Shown: positions 41,946-55,817 of the stretch, in pieces
How positions within the stretch are numbered: position 1 is the first letter of the stretch
How the letters are laid out: each line of letters begins with the position of its first letter
Origin: Octopus vulgaris
Taxonomy: Eukaryota
DNA: 64,000 nt
NCBI GenBank assembly: GCA_951406725.2
Contig: OX597834.1
Span: 44,268,001 to 44,332,000 of the forward strand
Reading direction: 5' to 3'
Translations under genes and position numbers: made by a program
The notes under the pieces: generated by a model
The model's database searches: none
The model's input: the letters and a program-made list of their open reading frames with translations, nothing else
Told to the model about the DNA's origin: nothing

Positions 41946-44674
41946 TTAAAAGACTGGGATAAAGATGAGGAGGCAAACATTTAAGACTGAAAGATAAATC
42001 TCATCAATGAATTACACCGCAACAGCCACACGTCAACTGCTCTCATACTTACATACAACTATGCAAAACATACTCAAGTGCACACACATACACACTTGTA
42101 CACACATACACACGTGTACACACATACACACTTGTACACACATACACACTTGTACACTCCTGAGTGGTATAATGATACGAAAACCCTGAATAACTTGATA
42201 TATTATCTATACAAATAATCATCTTATATTTTAGTAGTCAGACAGTTTCATTAGTCAAACAGCATAATGTCAGTGAACAGTTTGTGGTCTCAGAAATATT
42301 TCCAAAATTGGAATATATTTTGTGTTGTGAGCAAGAATAGAACCATTCGTCGAAGAGTAATACAGTCCCTGAGTGTTTTCTGATAAATAGTTGTACGGTA
42401 AGGCAATGACGAAAGCCTCTCTACGAAACTTCGGACAGAATCTCATTCATATTACACTCTCTCGTCCAAAGACGATTACATTGGATAGCGTAGTCTACCG
42501 TACACTATGCCTGAAAAAATAAATGATGGGTGCGTCTTGAATGCCAACGTCTCTCAAGACTGGTTAGACTAAAGGTCCGAACAACCAACAACCATCAGCT
42601 ACATAGAAATATAATAACTTCTTACCTTCTTAAGTTACTAATATCTTTAACAACTAACGTCTCTACAGACACTACTAAAAACGCATTTCTCCTTTAGATG
42701 ACGGAGTTTTGATTTTTCCTTTGAAGGTTTTTCGACAGCAATCAGATCGATGCAGTAAACGATATTTTTGTATAACTGTAGGAAAAGCAGACAAGAAGGG
42801 GATACCGGTGCGCATGGTCTAACAATGATGTACCAGATATGTGTGAGGATAAAACAGAAAGATAACGAGTCACATGAACCGAGGTGGATGACACTTGGGT
42901 ATGGAAAGATCGAGAAGGACGGCTGGTATCATTAGAACGTAAGTAGGTGTTGTTTGAAATGTAATCAAGTAAACAGGTGATGTAGAGAAAGAAGAATATG
43001 AGGACCATAAGTATGTGAGGCATGATGGGTGTTCTCAATATAGTTAACGATACTTCCTAGTTCCAGCTAACATTTTTATGATCGATTTCCCTTTTCGAAA
43101 TTTTTACACCGTGTTTACAGGATATTGTCTGAATGTTCGTGATCTATGGTTCTGTCAATTACTAAACATTATAACAACCACATTCAAAAACATCTAAAAT
43201 ATAGCCAAAACAGAAAATACACACATTTGCTATATTGGTTTAGATATAACTTATTCTTTGTCTAAAAAAAAAAAGAAATCAGTTAAAAAAGTTCTAGTTA
43301 TATGAGGTTTTATTTTTCTTTCGTTATAAAGTTGGAGAAAAAAATATTTAAAAATCGCTTTCAAATGTTATGTTATACTTCTCTTATATTTCATTTGAAT
43401 TTATTTTTATTTTTCTGACTCAGACAAATGTCTGACCTACATTTTGAGGTCATCTTGGCTTCATGATGTGGGTTGCGTCTTAAATGAAGTCTGAATATTG
43501 AGAATGGAGGAAAAGAGATCGTTCGCTTCCAGCCTGACACTAAATGTAGCTTTTCGCTTAACATGTTTGACAAGTAAGACATTTTTAAAAATCATATATA
43601 TATATATTTGCACAACCCCCGCACAAACACACATGAATAATTTTAGCAGAGGGATGATGTTCTGATGGCGGGGTTAAAAAAAAGCAGAGAGAGGGGAGAG
43701 GAGGAAGACAGAGAGAGATGATTATAGTGGTGGTGGTGACGAAGATACAGGTGGTAGTTATGGTGATTGGATAGTGAAAAGTGTATTTTTTAAATTGAAG
43801 TTTTTTTATATTACCCATCATTTAACGCATGCGCGTAAGTGCAGCCACCTATTCATGTTTTACTATTTACGTGACAGTGAGTGAGTGTCTGTGTGTGTGT
43901 TCGTGTTGTGTGCATGAGTGTGCGTGTTTGTAGGTGTGTGTCTGTGTGTGTAATAGCATGAATATAGCGCAAGTTTCAATAAGGTCGACCTTCTGAATGG
44001 ATGAATGAATGAATGAATGGCGTCGTTAGTTCCTTAAAAAGACTGAATTTTCAGAAAATCCAAAAAGCGATCCTCTAAGCGGTGTGTGTCTCTGTGACGT
44101 AGCAGCCAAATATCCCTCCAACCACTCCCTAATGACCTAAAAACAGCAAGATAACAACTGGATAACATAGTCAGTGATATGCTAAAACACAGGAGGATCA
44201 TGGGTGGAAAACATTTACATCGAAAAGAATTATAGAACTATTCCGCAAATAGATCGATAATGGGTTTCGGTGCAAAAACTACGAAAAGAGCGCAACAGAC
44301 TGAATAAAAAATACATAAATATATAAAACACATAACGTAATCGAAATGAAGTGAGACTCAATCAAGGATATTTCATTTTAATGTGTATGCTTTGATTGAT
44401 TTTTAAGTTCATTCCGTTTGATCTCTATATCATTTAATTTTATATATGCTGTCAATTATTCCCACATCAGTCATAGAATGTTACAAACTCTCTCTTCATT
44501 GTCGAATAAATGAACGCACCCAGATGTGTGTATATGTGTGTATTTATAGGACATTCACAGACATTCTGACTGCAGCCAAAGATAAAGTAAACTCTAACCT
44601 TTGGCACCCACAGACATGCTGTATCTCTTCCCTCTTAATTCTTAACAGATACCATAATAGCGTCTGGTCCTCAG

Positions 44675-45160
44675 TCATCATCATGGTCGAGACAATGGAA
44701 TTTACCATGCTACGCCAGACTTCACGGTCCATCATGGCATTACGGAGGTCCTGTTGCTGGATGCCTGTATCCCTGGAGATTACATCAGGGTAGGAGAGTG
44801 TGCGCCCTCTGGTATTGCGAGTAGATGGCTTCCAGAGGAGAAGAGTATAAATTGCCTCGTTTTCAGCTCTACAACAATGTCCAGCAAACTGGACTCTCCT
44901 ACCTTTCACAAGAGATGACACAGGTGGTAGTTTCCCATATATTTGCATTTTGGTTGGATGGCGCTTCCACGAGAGATTTTGAGCTCTCATAAGGAGGCGA
45001 GTGTAGGTTCCATCCAACCGCCTCTCAAGCTTCTTTGATAACGTCCAGGTTTCTGAGCTATATAGTAGAATTGGTTCGACTGTGGCTTTGAAGATTTCAA
45101 GTTTGAAGTCCCTACTTAGATTTGATGACCAGATCTTATGCATGTCATTACAGGCTGACC
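44675..45160 (-). mobile_element. RTE-clade LINE, 5'-truncated (RT C-terminal region and short tail)
   Basis: WSACNDMHKIWSSNLSRDFKLEIFKATVEPILLYSSETWTL...RRVQFAGHCCR...RGRTLSY...AMMDREVWR, followed by an (ATG)n tail. Confidence 0.9.
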
Positions 45161-45570
45161 ATTACAGGTCCTCAGTAGTGACTGGTCTCAAGGTATGTCT
45201 CCTCAAGCACTGACTTCTCACTCCTCTCTTTTTCTCTCATTAACCCTCCCTCCCTCCCACGTTGAACTACTCCCAACACCCAAACCTGTCTACCCTGAAC
45301 ATTGGATTCTATGGAATCTCTTCCTTGATCAGTGTGTCCTACAGATGTCCACTTCTAACATTTTAATCTCTTAACAAACACATTTTGCTTCAATTTCCAT
45401 GCGAGAAATACTATATTTTTAAATTAGTTATTTCGACTCTTTATATAAGGAATAATAAATATACAAATTATTTTTTGGATCAATTATGTTTTACTATGAA
45501 GTTACTGGTAGAAATGGCATTTACTGATTGTCAGTGATAGAAAACGGGAACAACACCATAAAGGAATAAA

Positions 45571-45648
45571 GTTCTATATTTAAGAGATGAGGAATCATGC
45601 ACATTATTTACATTATTTACATTCGATTCCAAGCAGTGAACCGAACAC

Positions 45649-45714
<66 letters not shown>

Positions 45715-45733
45715 TAATAATAATAATAATAAT

Positions 45734-45800
<67 letters not shown>

Positions 45801-45950
45801 TCGAACAATATCTTAGGACTGAGAACCCAGGTTCGAAATTTCTCCAAGACACATGAAGAAGGCTGGAGGGTATATCAGCCGAAACGTTGTGTTAACAACA
45901 AAGAATATGAGGACAAATATCCGTCGAATGTAAATAATGTTAATAATGAA
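45571..45950 (+). mobile_element. tRNA-headed PLE-tailed element, internally deleted copy
   Basis: Same left boundary and tail as 62954-63349. The deletion joins the two TTCGA motifs. Hammerhead-like motif at 45848-45893. Confidence 0.75.
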
Positions 45951-46633
45951 CACTATGAACGAAGTATTTGGGTTTAGAAATAAGTGATAGATACCTCAGT
46001 GTACAGTGGACGTATATTTTCGTCCAAATACATATTTACTATACATTTCTGGACTAAAATTTACGGTATTTGTTAAGAGGTATCGGAAAATTGATGAAGT
46101 TAATCATGCCGCTCTCGGAAGGCGTTTGAGGACCGCCATTAGCGCTCCTTCTTCAAAACCTAGCAAGTAAAAAAAAAAAAAAATCCTATTTTATTGGTAA
46201 TTTGTTTCGTAACACCTTTTCTTTTGTTTCTTATAAATATTTATTGTTCTTTTATTTTCCTTTCTTTTTTGAACAGTGCCACAGATACTACTTTAAGGCT
46301 TAGTAAAAAAGACATAGCAAGTATTTGTGACCTTTTTTTGCAGGATGTGAGTAACTTTTGGAAGGAAGGGTGGAAGCAGCATTCAGACAACGACTTAGTA
46401 AAAACACACGGAAAAGAGTGGATTCTTTCACGAGAACAAATGCTTTTAAATGCTTATATATATGAACAACCTACACTTAATAAAACCTTTCCTTCCCAAT
46501 GACTTTTCAAATCATTAATTAATTACATACATATAATTATATGTTTAATTTGTGACAATTACATATTTTATCCACTCCAGATGATAAATATCTCGAGAAA
46601 TAACACTTTCCAATATCTTACAATATAATATTG

Positions 46634-46843
46634 ATTTCAAATTTTGGCACAACGCCAGCAATTTTGGGTAAGGGGTAAATCAATTACACTGATCTCAGTG
46701 CTTAACCGTTTCTTATTTTATCGACCGCGAAGAATGAAGGGCAATGTCGGCCTCGGCGGAACTTGAACTCAGAACGTGAAGTTGGACTAAATGTGCCAAG
46801 CATTTTGCTCGGCGCGGCAACCATTCTGCCAGGTCTCTGCCTT
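46634..46843 (-). mobile_element. SINE family C, older and degenerate
   Basis: ttttatcgaccgcgaagaatgaagggcaatgtcggcctcggcggaacttgaactcagaacg. Confidence 0.75.
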
Positions 46844-47209
46844 ATCTTACAAAATAATAGTCTGTCTATTAAATTCTATCACCTTCGGGCCGAGTTTGCC
46901 CCTTAACCACGTTAAACCTTAATACTAACATGACTTGCGCGTTAACCCATTTAGTCGAGTTTGAATTATTATCCAAAACAAAAGCAAGGAACTGCTAGAA
47001 ATGTTTTAAACATGCGAAAGAAATGTCATGAAGTGTTTGTCAGTTCCATTTCTTTACGTTCCGGGTTCAAACGTAGCCAGTGTCACCTTTGCTTTTTATA
47101 CATTAGGGGGCGATAAAATAAAATAACAGTCTCGTACCGGAGGAAATGATGTCCACTGACCCACTGAACTTAAAACTGATTTTCTACCTTTATTAGAACC
47201 TGTTATGTT

Positions 47210-47551
47210 TCCAGGATAACGCTGCAGAAGCTCACAGACTTTGTCACATCCTCCGTATGCTCCTGATCTTTCACCCATCGACTACCACTTTTTTAAGCAT
47301 CTACACACATTTTTAAGGCCAAAAAACCTTCCCATCCAAAACCGAGGCCAAAACTGAATTCAAGGAGTTTTCGGCATCAAAATTTTTGGATTTTTATCGA
47401 TTAGGCATAAATGGCTTTATTAAACAAGGGGAGTAATGCATAGCTGTTCAGGGGGTCATGTTTTGAATAATTAAATCTTTGTTATAAGTTCAGGTTTTCA
47501 AGAATATATTTATTTTTTAAAAATCAGCCGTTATTTTCGGAATAACTTAAT
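47210..47551 (+). pseudogene. mariner (cecropia-like) transposase C-terminal fragment with 3' TIR remnant
   Basis: TLSHPPYAPDLSPIDYHFFKHL...FYRLGIN; ends aaatcagccgttattttcggaataacttaa. Confidence 0.85.
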
Positions 47552-47967
47552 CTTTTACTCTATTACTCTTTTACTTGTTTCAGTCATTTGACTGAGGCCA
47601 TGCTGGTGAACCGCCTTTAGTCGAGCAAATCAACCCCAGGACTTATTCTTTGTAAGCCTAGTACCTATTCTATCGGTATCTTTTGCCGAACCGCTAAGTT
47701 ACGGGGACGTAAACACGGCAGCATCGGTTGTCAAGCGATGTTGTCAAACACAGACACACAAACATATACACACACCTACATATATATATATATATATATA
47801 TACGACGAGCTACTTTCAGTTTCCGTCTGCCAAATCAATTCACAAGGCTTTGGTCGACCCGAGGCTATAGTAGAAGACACTTACCCAAGGTGCCACGCAG
47901 TAGGTCTGCAACCTGGAACCATGTGGTTCGTAAGCAATTTACTTACCACACAGCCACTCCAACGCCT
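47552..47967 (-). mobile_element. SINE family A, full composite
   Basis: Reverse complement of the 38771-39159 type. Confidence 0.9.
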
Positions 47968-48757
47968 GAAAGTAATATATACTTTCCTGAAACCAATATC
48001 CACACTAAGGCATTTGAATAGTGCTAAACGGTTACAAATAGTCATCAAGCAGTTTGTTTGCCTGGAGGGACCAGTTCGACTAATACGAGTCTATATGTAG
48101 TATATTTGCTGTGAAAAAAAAAAACATTTTTACAATTTCATGTATTACTAAAAAGAAAGCAAGGACATTTTGGATTCAATGTCCTACCGGTGGAACGCAT
48201 GTCCAATGTTGAGATTCACTGAATTATAGTTAGGCGCAACCAAGAGCGAATGCAGCGGTGAACGCTACCAAACGGAAATGATCCTGAACACCCACAAGCC
48301 AAACGTACTGCATAACGGATAACGTAGTCCGATAGAAACTGTGTTTAAAAATACGCTGTATAATTACTATTGGAACGCTTTCGGTTGTAATTCTTCAGGA
48401 CGGAGGCTGATACAGGGTTCAACAAAAAAACAACACAAACAAAAACAACAGCTAACCTATCAGTCCATAAGGAAATTAAAAAAGAAAAATAAGACAAACA
48501 AACAAAAAATATTTTAAAACAAAGAAACCAAGCAACGAAAGAGGCAAATCGAGACGCCAATGGTTGAAATGGCGAGGAAACAAACCCACATATTTAATCA
48601 GCATCAAGAATTCTTCAACTGTTTTCGAAACATTGAGACAAAAGGTTTCTTTCGATTGACATCAACAGCTTTTAGATAAACACTTCTCGCGCGCGGCTCT
48701 CTCTCTTTCTCTCTCTCTCTCGGTTTCTCTCTCTCTCTCGGTTTCTCTCTCTCTCTC

Positions 48758-48806
<49 letters not shown>

Positions 48807-48980
48807 GTTTCTCGGCTGCTTTTTCTTCTCTCTCGTATGACATGAAACAGGAAGTTTTATCGATTCCATCGTACGGATTCCTTGCTACTTCACGAACACC
48901 GGCTAATTGGAATTACGTATGGCATATACATATGCATGCATACACATACACACACACACGTGCATATATATACATATATA

Positions 48981-49052
<72 letters not shown>

Positions 49053-49057
49053 TAAAT

Positions 49058-49108
<51 letters not shown>

Positions 49109-49483
49109 TATAAATCTCTCTTACTCTCTCTCTCTACATACAGTCATGCATACATACATTCATATATACATATATATGCATGCATAAACGCATATACATA
49201 TATATATATATATATATTTACGTATATATATACATACACATACATACATGCATACATAGTTATATATGTGTGTTTATGTGTGTGCGTGCGTATATGCACA
49301 TTTGTGTGCTCATATACGAATGATTTTCATCATGATCCTATATACGCGGATACGTACACGAGCAATACATGCATACGTACGTACCTACCTAATCTACCTA
49401 CATACATACATACATACATACATACATACATACATGCATTCATAAAGACAAACTGCCATAACTAAGACATCAACAACAGACAT

Positions 49484-49532
<49 letters not shown>

Positions 49533-50145
49533 ATCTATGTATATAGGTGTGTTAATACATATATACATAGATACATACACTCATATATGCATGAGTGATG
49601 TGTGTACATGTGTGTGCAAGGGTGATATGAGTGCATGAGTGTGCTTGGGTGTGTGTGAGTGAGCTTGTGTATGTGTGTGTGTGTGTGTGTGTGTGAGTGT
49701 GCTTATACCTTGGTTCGTGCGTACATACTTTATTCTCGAAATCTGTAGGTTGGCGTATTTTTAATGACAATTTTAATCTCAGTTTGACACTTTTAATATA
49801 GCACTTTTGCATGTATGTCCTGTGTGTGTGTGTGTTTGTGTGTGTGTGTTGATATATGCATGTGCAGATACTTACACCCACAAGCGCACACATATATCTA
49901 TCTATCTCACTCTGTCTATCCGTGTGTATATATATATATATGCGTGCGTACGTGCGTGCGTACGTGTGTGCGTGCGTGTGTGTGCGTGTGTGCCTGTGTG
50001 TGTGTGTGCATTCTCAGTCTAAACTGTCTGACGAACGGGAACGGGAAACTCTGAGTATTTTTTTGTGATGGTTTTGCAGCTTTAATAATAATAAAGTACA
50101 CACACACATACACACACATACACACGCACACACACACACAAACAC

Positions 50146-50190
<45 letters not shown>

Positions 50191-51152
50191 ATGTATATAT
50201 AATATATATGAGTGTGCAATTTATAGAAAAGATCCAGGGGAATAACTACAAGGTAGCTAAGTGTTGCTAAATGTTGCTTGTATATCAAATCACATACAAA
50301 ATCACATTTGTTTGTGGTTTGATTCTAGGATAAGGAAGTTGTATTTAGGAGAATTATAGGAAAAATCGGAAAAGGAGAAAAACGCTCAAGGTGTTATTAA
50401 AACATTTATATAATCCTATCTTCTTGTTATATATAATTTACTTTGTGAAATAGTTTTGTAAGACAAAATATTATCTAAAAGTTAGGAATTTTATTTGTTA
50501 CGTAGTATTACATTTAAGTAAATACTTTTAATATTAATAGATATTTTACTTAATTCTATAAGTGAGTGTAGTATTAAATTTATATATACTATATATGAAT
50601 TAATAATATAGTAAGTTTTAATAATAGGTGTGTATATATTTGAACCATTTTCTATTTTTAATTTTTGTAGGCATAGTTTGTAGTATCGTTATGTATATAA
50701 GTTAACATGAAAATTTTTCAGTATATATTACTGAATTAGATTTAATAAGATTTAACTTAGATGTTTATTAAATAAATAAATAATTTAATTTAATGTATAT
50801 AGATTAAATTATAGAATTTTAGTTTTCTCTTAATGTATATTTTCTATTATATATATATATTTATTTTGCTTTAAATATTTTATTTTAATTATTTGTATTT
50901 GAAATTTCTAGTAATGATATATTCTAGTTTGTTATTTTTTTCTTATATAAGTCAAAATTTATTTTCCTAGATATAAAAAGTATTTACATCTATTTATTCC
51001 AGAATATATTTGTTAAGATATTTCGTGTTGTATTATATGATATATTATTGTATTTTGTTCGATTTTTATTGTAAATTTACGTATATATATATATATATTT
51101 ACAAGGTTGTATACTATATTTATTTGTTTAATTAGTTTATTGTTTTTATCTT

Positions 51153-51234
51153 GGACCTGAAGAGTGACTATATTTAATTGAATTGATTTTACTGTTATCA
51201 GTTTGAAAATATAGCCACGAAACACGTGTAGTCT
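51153..51234 (+). ncRNA. Type-I hammerhead ribozyme, canonical core (PLE pseudo-LTR)
   Basis: ggac-CTGAAGA-gtgactatatt...aatatagccac-GAAAC-acgt-GTA-gtct: stem I ggac/gtct, 11-bp stem II with 1 mismatch, palindromic CACGTG stem III. Predicted cut after 51230. Confidence 0.75.
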
Positions 51235-51742
51235 TTTTACCAATTAAATACTTTTTATTTATTATTTTGTACTATACTTAATTATTGGTATATGTTTTAC
51301 CGTATATTTAATTTTTTTCTATATGGTATAATTTAATTATATTATTATTTCATTGTTGAATTGATAAAATGTGGTTCTTCTCTAATTTATACACATATAT
51401 TATATATTGTGAAATTTGATTGAGTATTACTAAATTGAATATTTCCGTGTAAGTTTGTAATAATATTCACTAATATATATATATATGTATGTGTGTATGT
51501 GTGTGTGAGTGTTTGTATGTTTGAGTATTTCGTTTTGGGATTTGGTTTGCAAGATTCTTTATGCGAGTTCGTGTGTTGAAGCATATTCTGTTGTGTCTGG
51601 GGAGAGTCATTTTCTTTTTGTGCCTTATAATTTAACACACTCACCGGTAAAATTTCCAATTAAATCTTATTTTTATTTTCCAAAAATAAGTAAAAGAGTA
51701 AAAGAGTATGCATGCATACAGACATACATACACACATGTATA

Positions 51743-51898
51743 CGAGGGGTTTCTTTCAGTTTCCGTCTATCAAATCCACTCACAAGGCTCTGGTCGGTCC
51801 GAGGCTATAGTAGAAGACACTTGCCCCAGGTGCCACGCAGCTGGACGGACCCGGGAATCATGTGATTGGAAAACAAGCTTCTTTCCACACAGCCTCGC
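51743..51898 (-). mobile_element. SINE family A
   Basis: tctttcagtttccgtctatcaaatccactcacaaggctctggtcggtccgaggctatagtagaagacac. Confidence 0.85.
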
Positions 51899-52246
51899 TA
51901 TACACTCTTTCCAATCATCTGCTTAGTGACTGTACGGATGTATACATGGATGTATATACGCTTTTGCTTACAGGGTGTAGATGTTATGAATAATTTCATG
52001 TGCTCTAAGCAAAATGTCATCATTTGTTTACAAAACGTTTACGATGTGTAAACCTCTGAATAAGTAATAACATAACACAGCTCTGGAAAATCTCTTTTTA
52101 AAGCATATTCGCAATATGCTGGACCAATTTACTTGCTCACCTATTCGTGCTACATCAGATAAGTAGAATTTTACAACAGTTTTATTTAACTCATATATTG
52201 TTTGTACTAGTAATTAATGAGTACCTAACTCTGTCTGCCAAGCCTC

Positions 52247-52280
<34 letters not shown>

Positions 52281-52415
52281 CTCTCTCTCTCTCTCTTTCT
52301 CGCCATCCATCTATCTGTCTACCTTTCTATTTAGCTATCTGTCCACGGTTATATCTGCCTATCCTATTATGTATATGTGTATGTACGTACATATATATAT
52401 ATATATATATATTCA

Positions 52416-52480
<65 letters not shown>

Positions 52481-52485
<5 letters not shown>

Positions 52486-52935
52486 TGAATTTTTTGCGTA
52501 ATGAGATAAAAAAACCAAGGCTGTATAGATATTAGAGCATTTATAGATAGAAGGTCTTACAGCTGTTTCTAGAATATTAATTAATAATAATATCCCTTCA
52601 TCGGAGACGGTGTGAGAGGAAAAGTTAACTCTGAGGGACTTTCGGATTTTACGCAAAGGATATTGGAATATTACACATATATACCATTATGCCTATAAAA
52701 CGAATTTATGAACTCAATACCCATACATATCTTACATCTATTTTCTTTCCTCCACCTCACTCTCTATTTGTATCACATCGAAACTAACTATGACTTAACT
52801 TTCCTCTCACACCGTCTCCGATGAAGGGAAAATATTATTAATTAATATTCTAGAAACAGCTGTAAGACCTATCTATAAATGCTCTATCTATACAGCTTTG
52901 GTTTTTTCTATTTCATTACGCAAAAATTCATATAT
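52481..52935. mobile_element. Inverted pair of PLE-type pseudo-LTR arms (about 145 bp each), each with a hammerhead
   Basis: 52481-52628 is the reverse complement of 52795-52935. Motif gtct-CCGATGA-stem II-GAAAC-agct-GTA-agac at 52814-52868 (+) and 52554-52608 (-). Confidence 0.8.
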
Positions 52936-53173
52936 ACACACGCTGACATAGAACCAACGCTGAATCATTTATTCGCCATATTACCTAATCTGGAACTTAA
53001 CTATGGCCTGTCTATAGCACTTATTCAGCATTACCCGACACCTTTGAATCTCAATGGCACCATTATCTCTTATATATATATATATATATATATACACATT
53101 CATATATCTATATATATATATATGCACACACACATACATATATGTTTGTATGTGTGTGTATATTTATATATAT

Positions 53174-53555
53174 AGGTGTAGGAGTGGCTGTGCATGGTGA
53201 GTAGCTTGCTTACTGGGTGGCAACTTGTTCAAGAGTCTTCTACTATAGCCTCGGGCCAACAAAAGGCTTGTGAGTCGATTTGGTAGACGGAAACTGAAAG
53301 AAGCCCGTCGTATATATGTATATGTATGTATATATGTATGTGTGTGTATATGCTTGTGTGTCTGTGTTTGTCCCCCCAACAACGCTTCACAACGGATGCT
53401 GGTATGTTTGCGTCCCCGTAACTTAGCGGTTCGACAACAGGGGCCGATAGAATAAGTACTAGGCTTACAAAGAATAAGTTCTGGAGTCGATGTGCTCGAC
53501 TTAAGGCGGTGCTCCAGTATGGCCACAATCAAATGAGTGAAACAAGTAAAAGAAT
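53174..53555 (+). mobile_element. SINE family A, composite with a small deletion in the head
   Basis: Matches 38771-39159. Confidence 0.85.
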
Positions 53556-53581
53556 AAAAAAGTAGACATATATATATCTAC

Positions 53582-53684
<103 letters not shown>

Positions 53685-53695
53685 TAGATAGATAA

Positions 53696-53727
<32 letters not shown>

Positions 53728-54308
53728 GCGCATTGAGTAAGGTAGCAGCCATTACATTGAGTAGCCATCAGGGCCAAGTGCTGCCGGTTATTTATGACAA
53801 ATTTGAACCACCAAGAGCACCAGCATTACATCCACCACCCTACCACCACCAAAACCACCATCACCACCAGAACAACAATAACAAGAACAACAATAACAGT
53901 ATCAACAGCAACACACTACACACTATTATTGTCATGTTAATTCAGCGTTAATCAATCACACGTCTAACATTGTTGTTGATTGATTGCTTTATTAGCTCGG
54001 CATTGATTACATAACACACACACACACACACTCACACGTACACACAGACACACGCACACACATACAGGCACACATTTTTTCGCACACATACAAGAATATT
54101 TACGCACATATACACGCGTGTATAAACAGGATTGGTTGTCTAATTAGTTTCCAACGATATACAAATACACACTTAAAACACACACACACACACAAACATC
54201 CATACATATATGCATACATGCACACATGTATATATGATATATACATATATATATATATACTTGTATATATTATATATATATATATGTATGTATGTATTTT
54301 TATGCGTA

Positions 54309-54369
<61 letters not shown>

Positions 54370-54593
54370 GTATGTATGTATATATGTATGCATGTATGTA
54401 TACATGGTTATTTACTCACACACATACACACACATGCCTATCGTAATATCATTTCGCATTCATACTGCGTATATACACATGTATAAGAGGGCTGGTTTTC
54501 TAATTAGTGTACACGCCACACACTCACAGACGGACATGCTTCCATATTGAGAGAGATGTGTTCTGCTTGTTTGTGTGTGTGCTTGTGAGTACG

Positions 54594-54626
<33 letters not shown>

Positions 54627-54820
54627 GTGTGTGTGTGTGTGTGCGTGTGGTTGTGCGTGTGTGTGAGTGCTTATGTATGTATATACACATATGTATATAT
54701 ATATATGCATGTGAATAAATACACAAATGTATATATATATTTCTATAGTAATTCATATATGTACACATTTCTATACACAGACAGACACTCACACAAACAC
54801 ACACATGTGTGTAGATGTAT

Positions 54821-54857
<37 letters not shown>

Positions 54858-54860
54858 CGT

Positions 54861-54900
<40 letters not shown>

Positions 54901-54905
54901 TTCGT

Positions 54906-54956
<51 letters not shown>

Positions 54957-55279
54957 TATGTATATGTATATCTGTCTATCTATCTATCTATCTATCTATC
55001 TTGGACACACACACACATATATGTATATATATATATATATATATATACACACAGATATGTGGAGGCACACGCACATCAATACATACAACCACGCAAACGT
55101 ACACTCAGAAACACACACACGTACAAGTGTGTGTAAGTGAGCCTGCGTGTTTGTGTGTATGTGCGCGAGCGTGCGTGTATGTATGTGTGTATGTGTGCGT
55201 GTACTCGTGTGTGTGTGTGCGTGTGTATGTGTGTGTGTGTTTGCGTGTGTGCACAAGTGAGTAGATAAGGAACTTCCTA

Positions 55280-55318
<39 letters not shown>

Positions 55319-55429
55319 CGAACACTGAGAACCGCATTTAGCCCAAAGATCAGTCGGCAAACAGCAGCTTGTCTTGTACATACACTTACGCGGACGTACT
55401 AAATACAAACATACACACATATACACCAA

Positions 55430-55595
55430 AGCTGGCACAATCGTTAGCACGTCGGGTGAAATGCTTATCGGTATTTCGTCTGCCGCTACGTTCTGAGTTC
55501 AAATTCCGCCGAGGTCGAGTTTGTCTTTCATCCTTTCGGGGTCGATAAATTAAGTACCTGTTGTGTACCAATCGACTGGCCCCTCTCCCCCAAAA
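55430..55595 (+). mobile_element. SINE family C
   Basis: agctggcacaatcgttagcacg...gagttcaaattccgccgaggtcgagtttgtctttcatcctttcggggtcgataaattaagtacc. Confidence 0.85.
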
Positions 55596-55650
55596 TAACA
55601 AAGACAGTGTTACATCAAACTAGGGTGGTGAGCTAGAAGAATCGTTAGCA

Positions 55651-55817
55651 CGTAGGAGCAGTCGTGGCTATACGGTAAGAAGCTAGCTTCCCAAGCACAT
55701 GGCTCCGGGTTCAGTCCCATTGCATGGCACCTAGGACAAGAGTCTTCTACTATAGCCTCCGGCCGACCAAATTCTTGGGAGTGGATTCGGTAGACAGAAT
55801 CTGAAAGAAGCCCGTCG
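55651..55817 (+). mobile_element. SINE family A, joined to a family C head fragment (55622-55651)
   Basis: gtaggagcagtcgtggctatacggtaagaagctagc...gaaagaagcccgtcg. Confidence 0.8.

Noticed and set aside
42745-42935. Possible degenerate RTE C-terminus
   Set aside because: Only vague similarity; motifs not recoverable.
50330-51150. Mitochondrial insertion (very AT-rich DNA)
   Set aside because: No mitochondrial gene or tRNA motif recognised; adjacency to a hammerhead pseudo-LTR favours a PLE origin.
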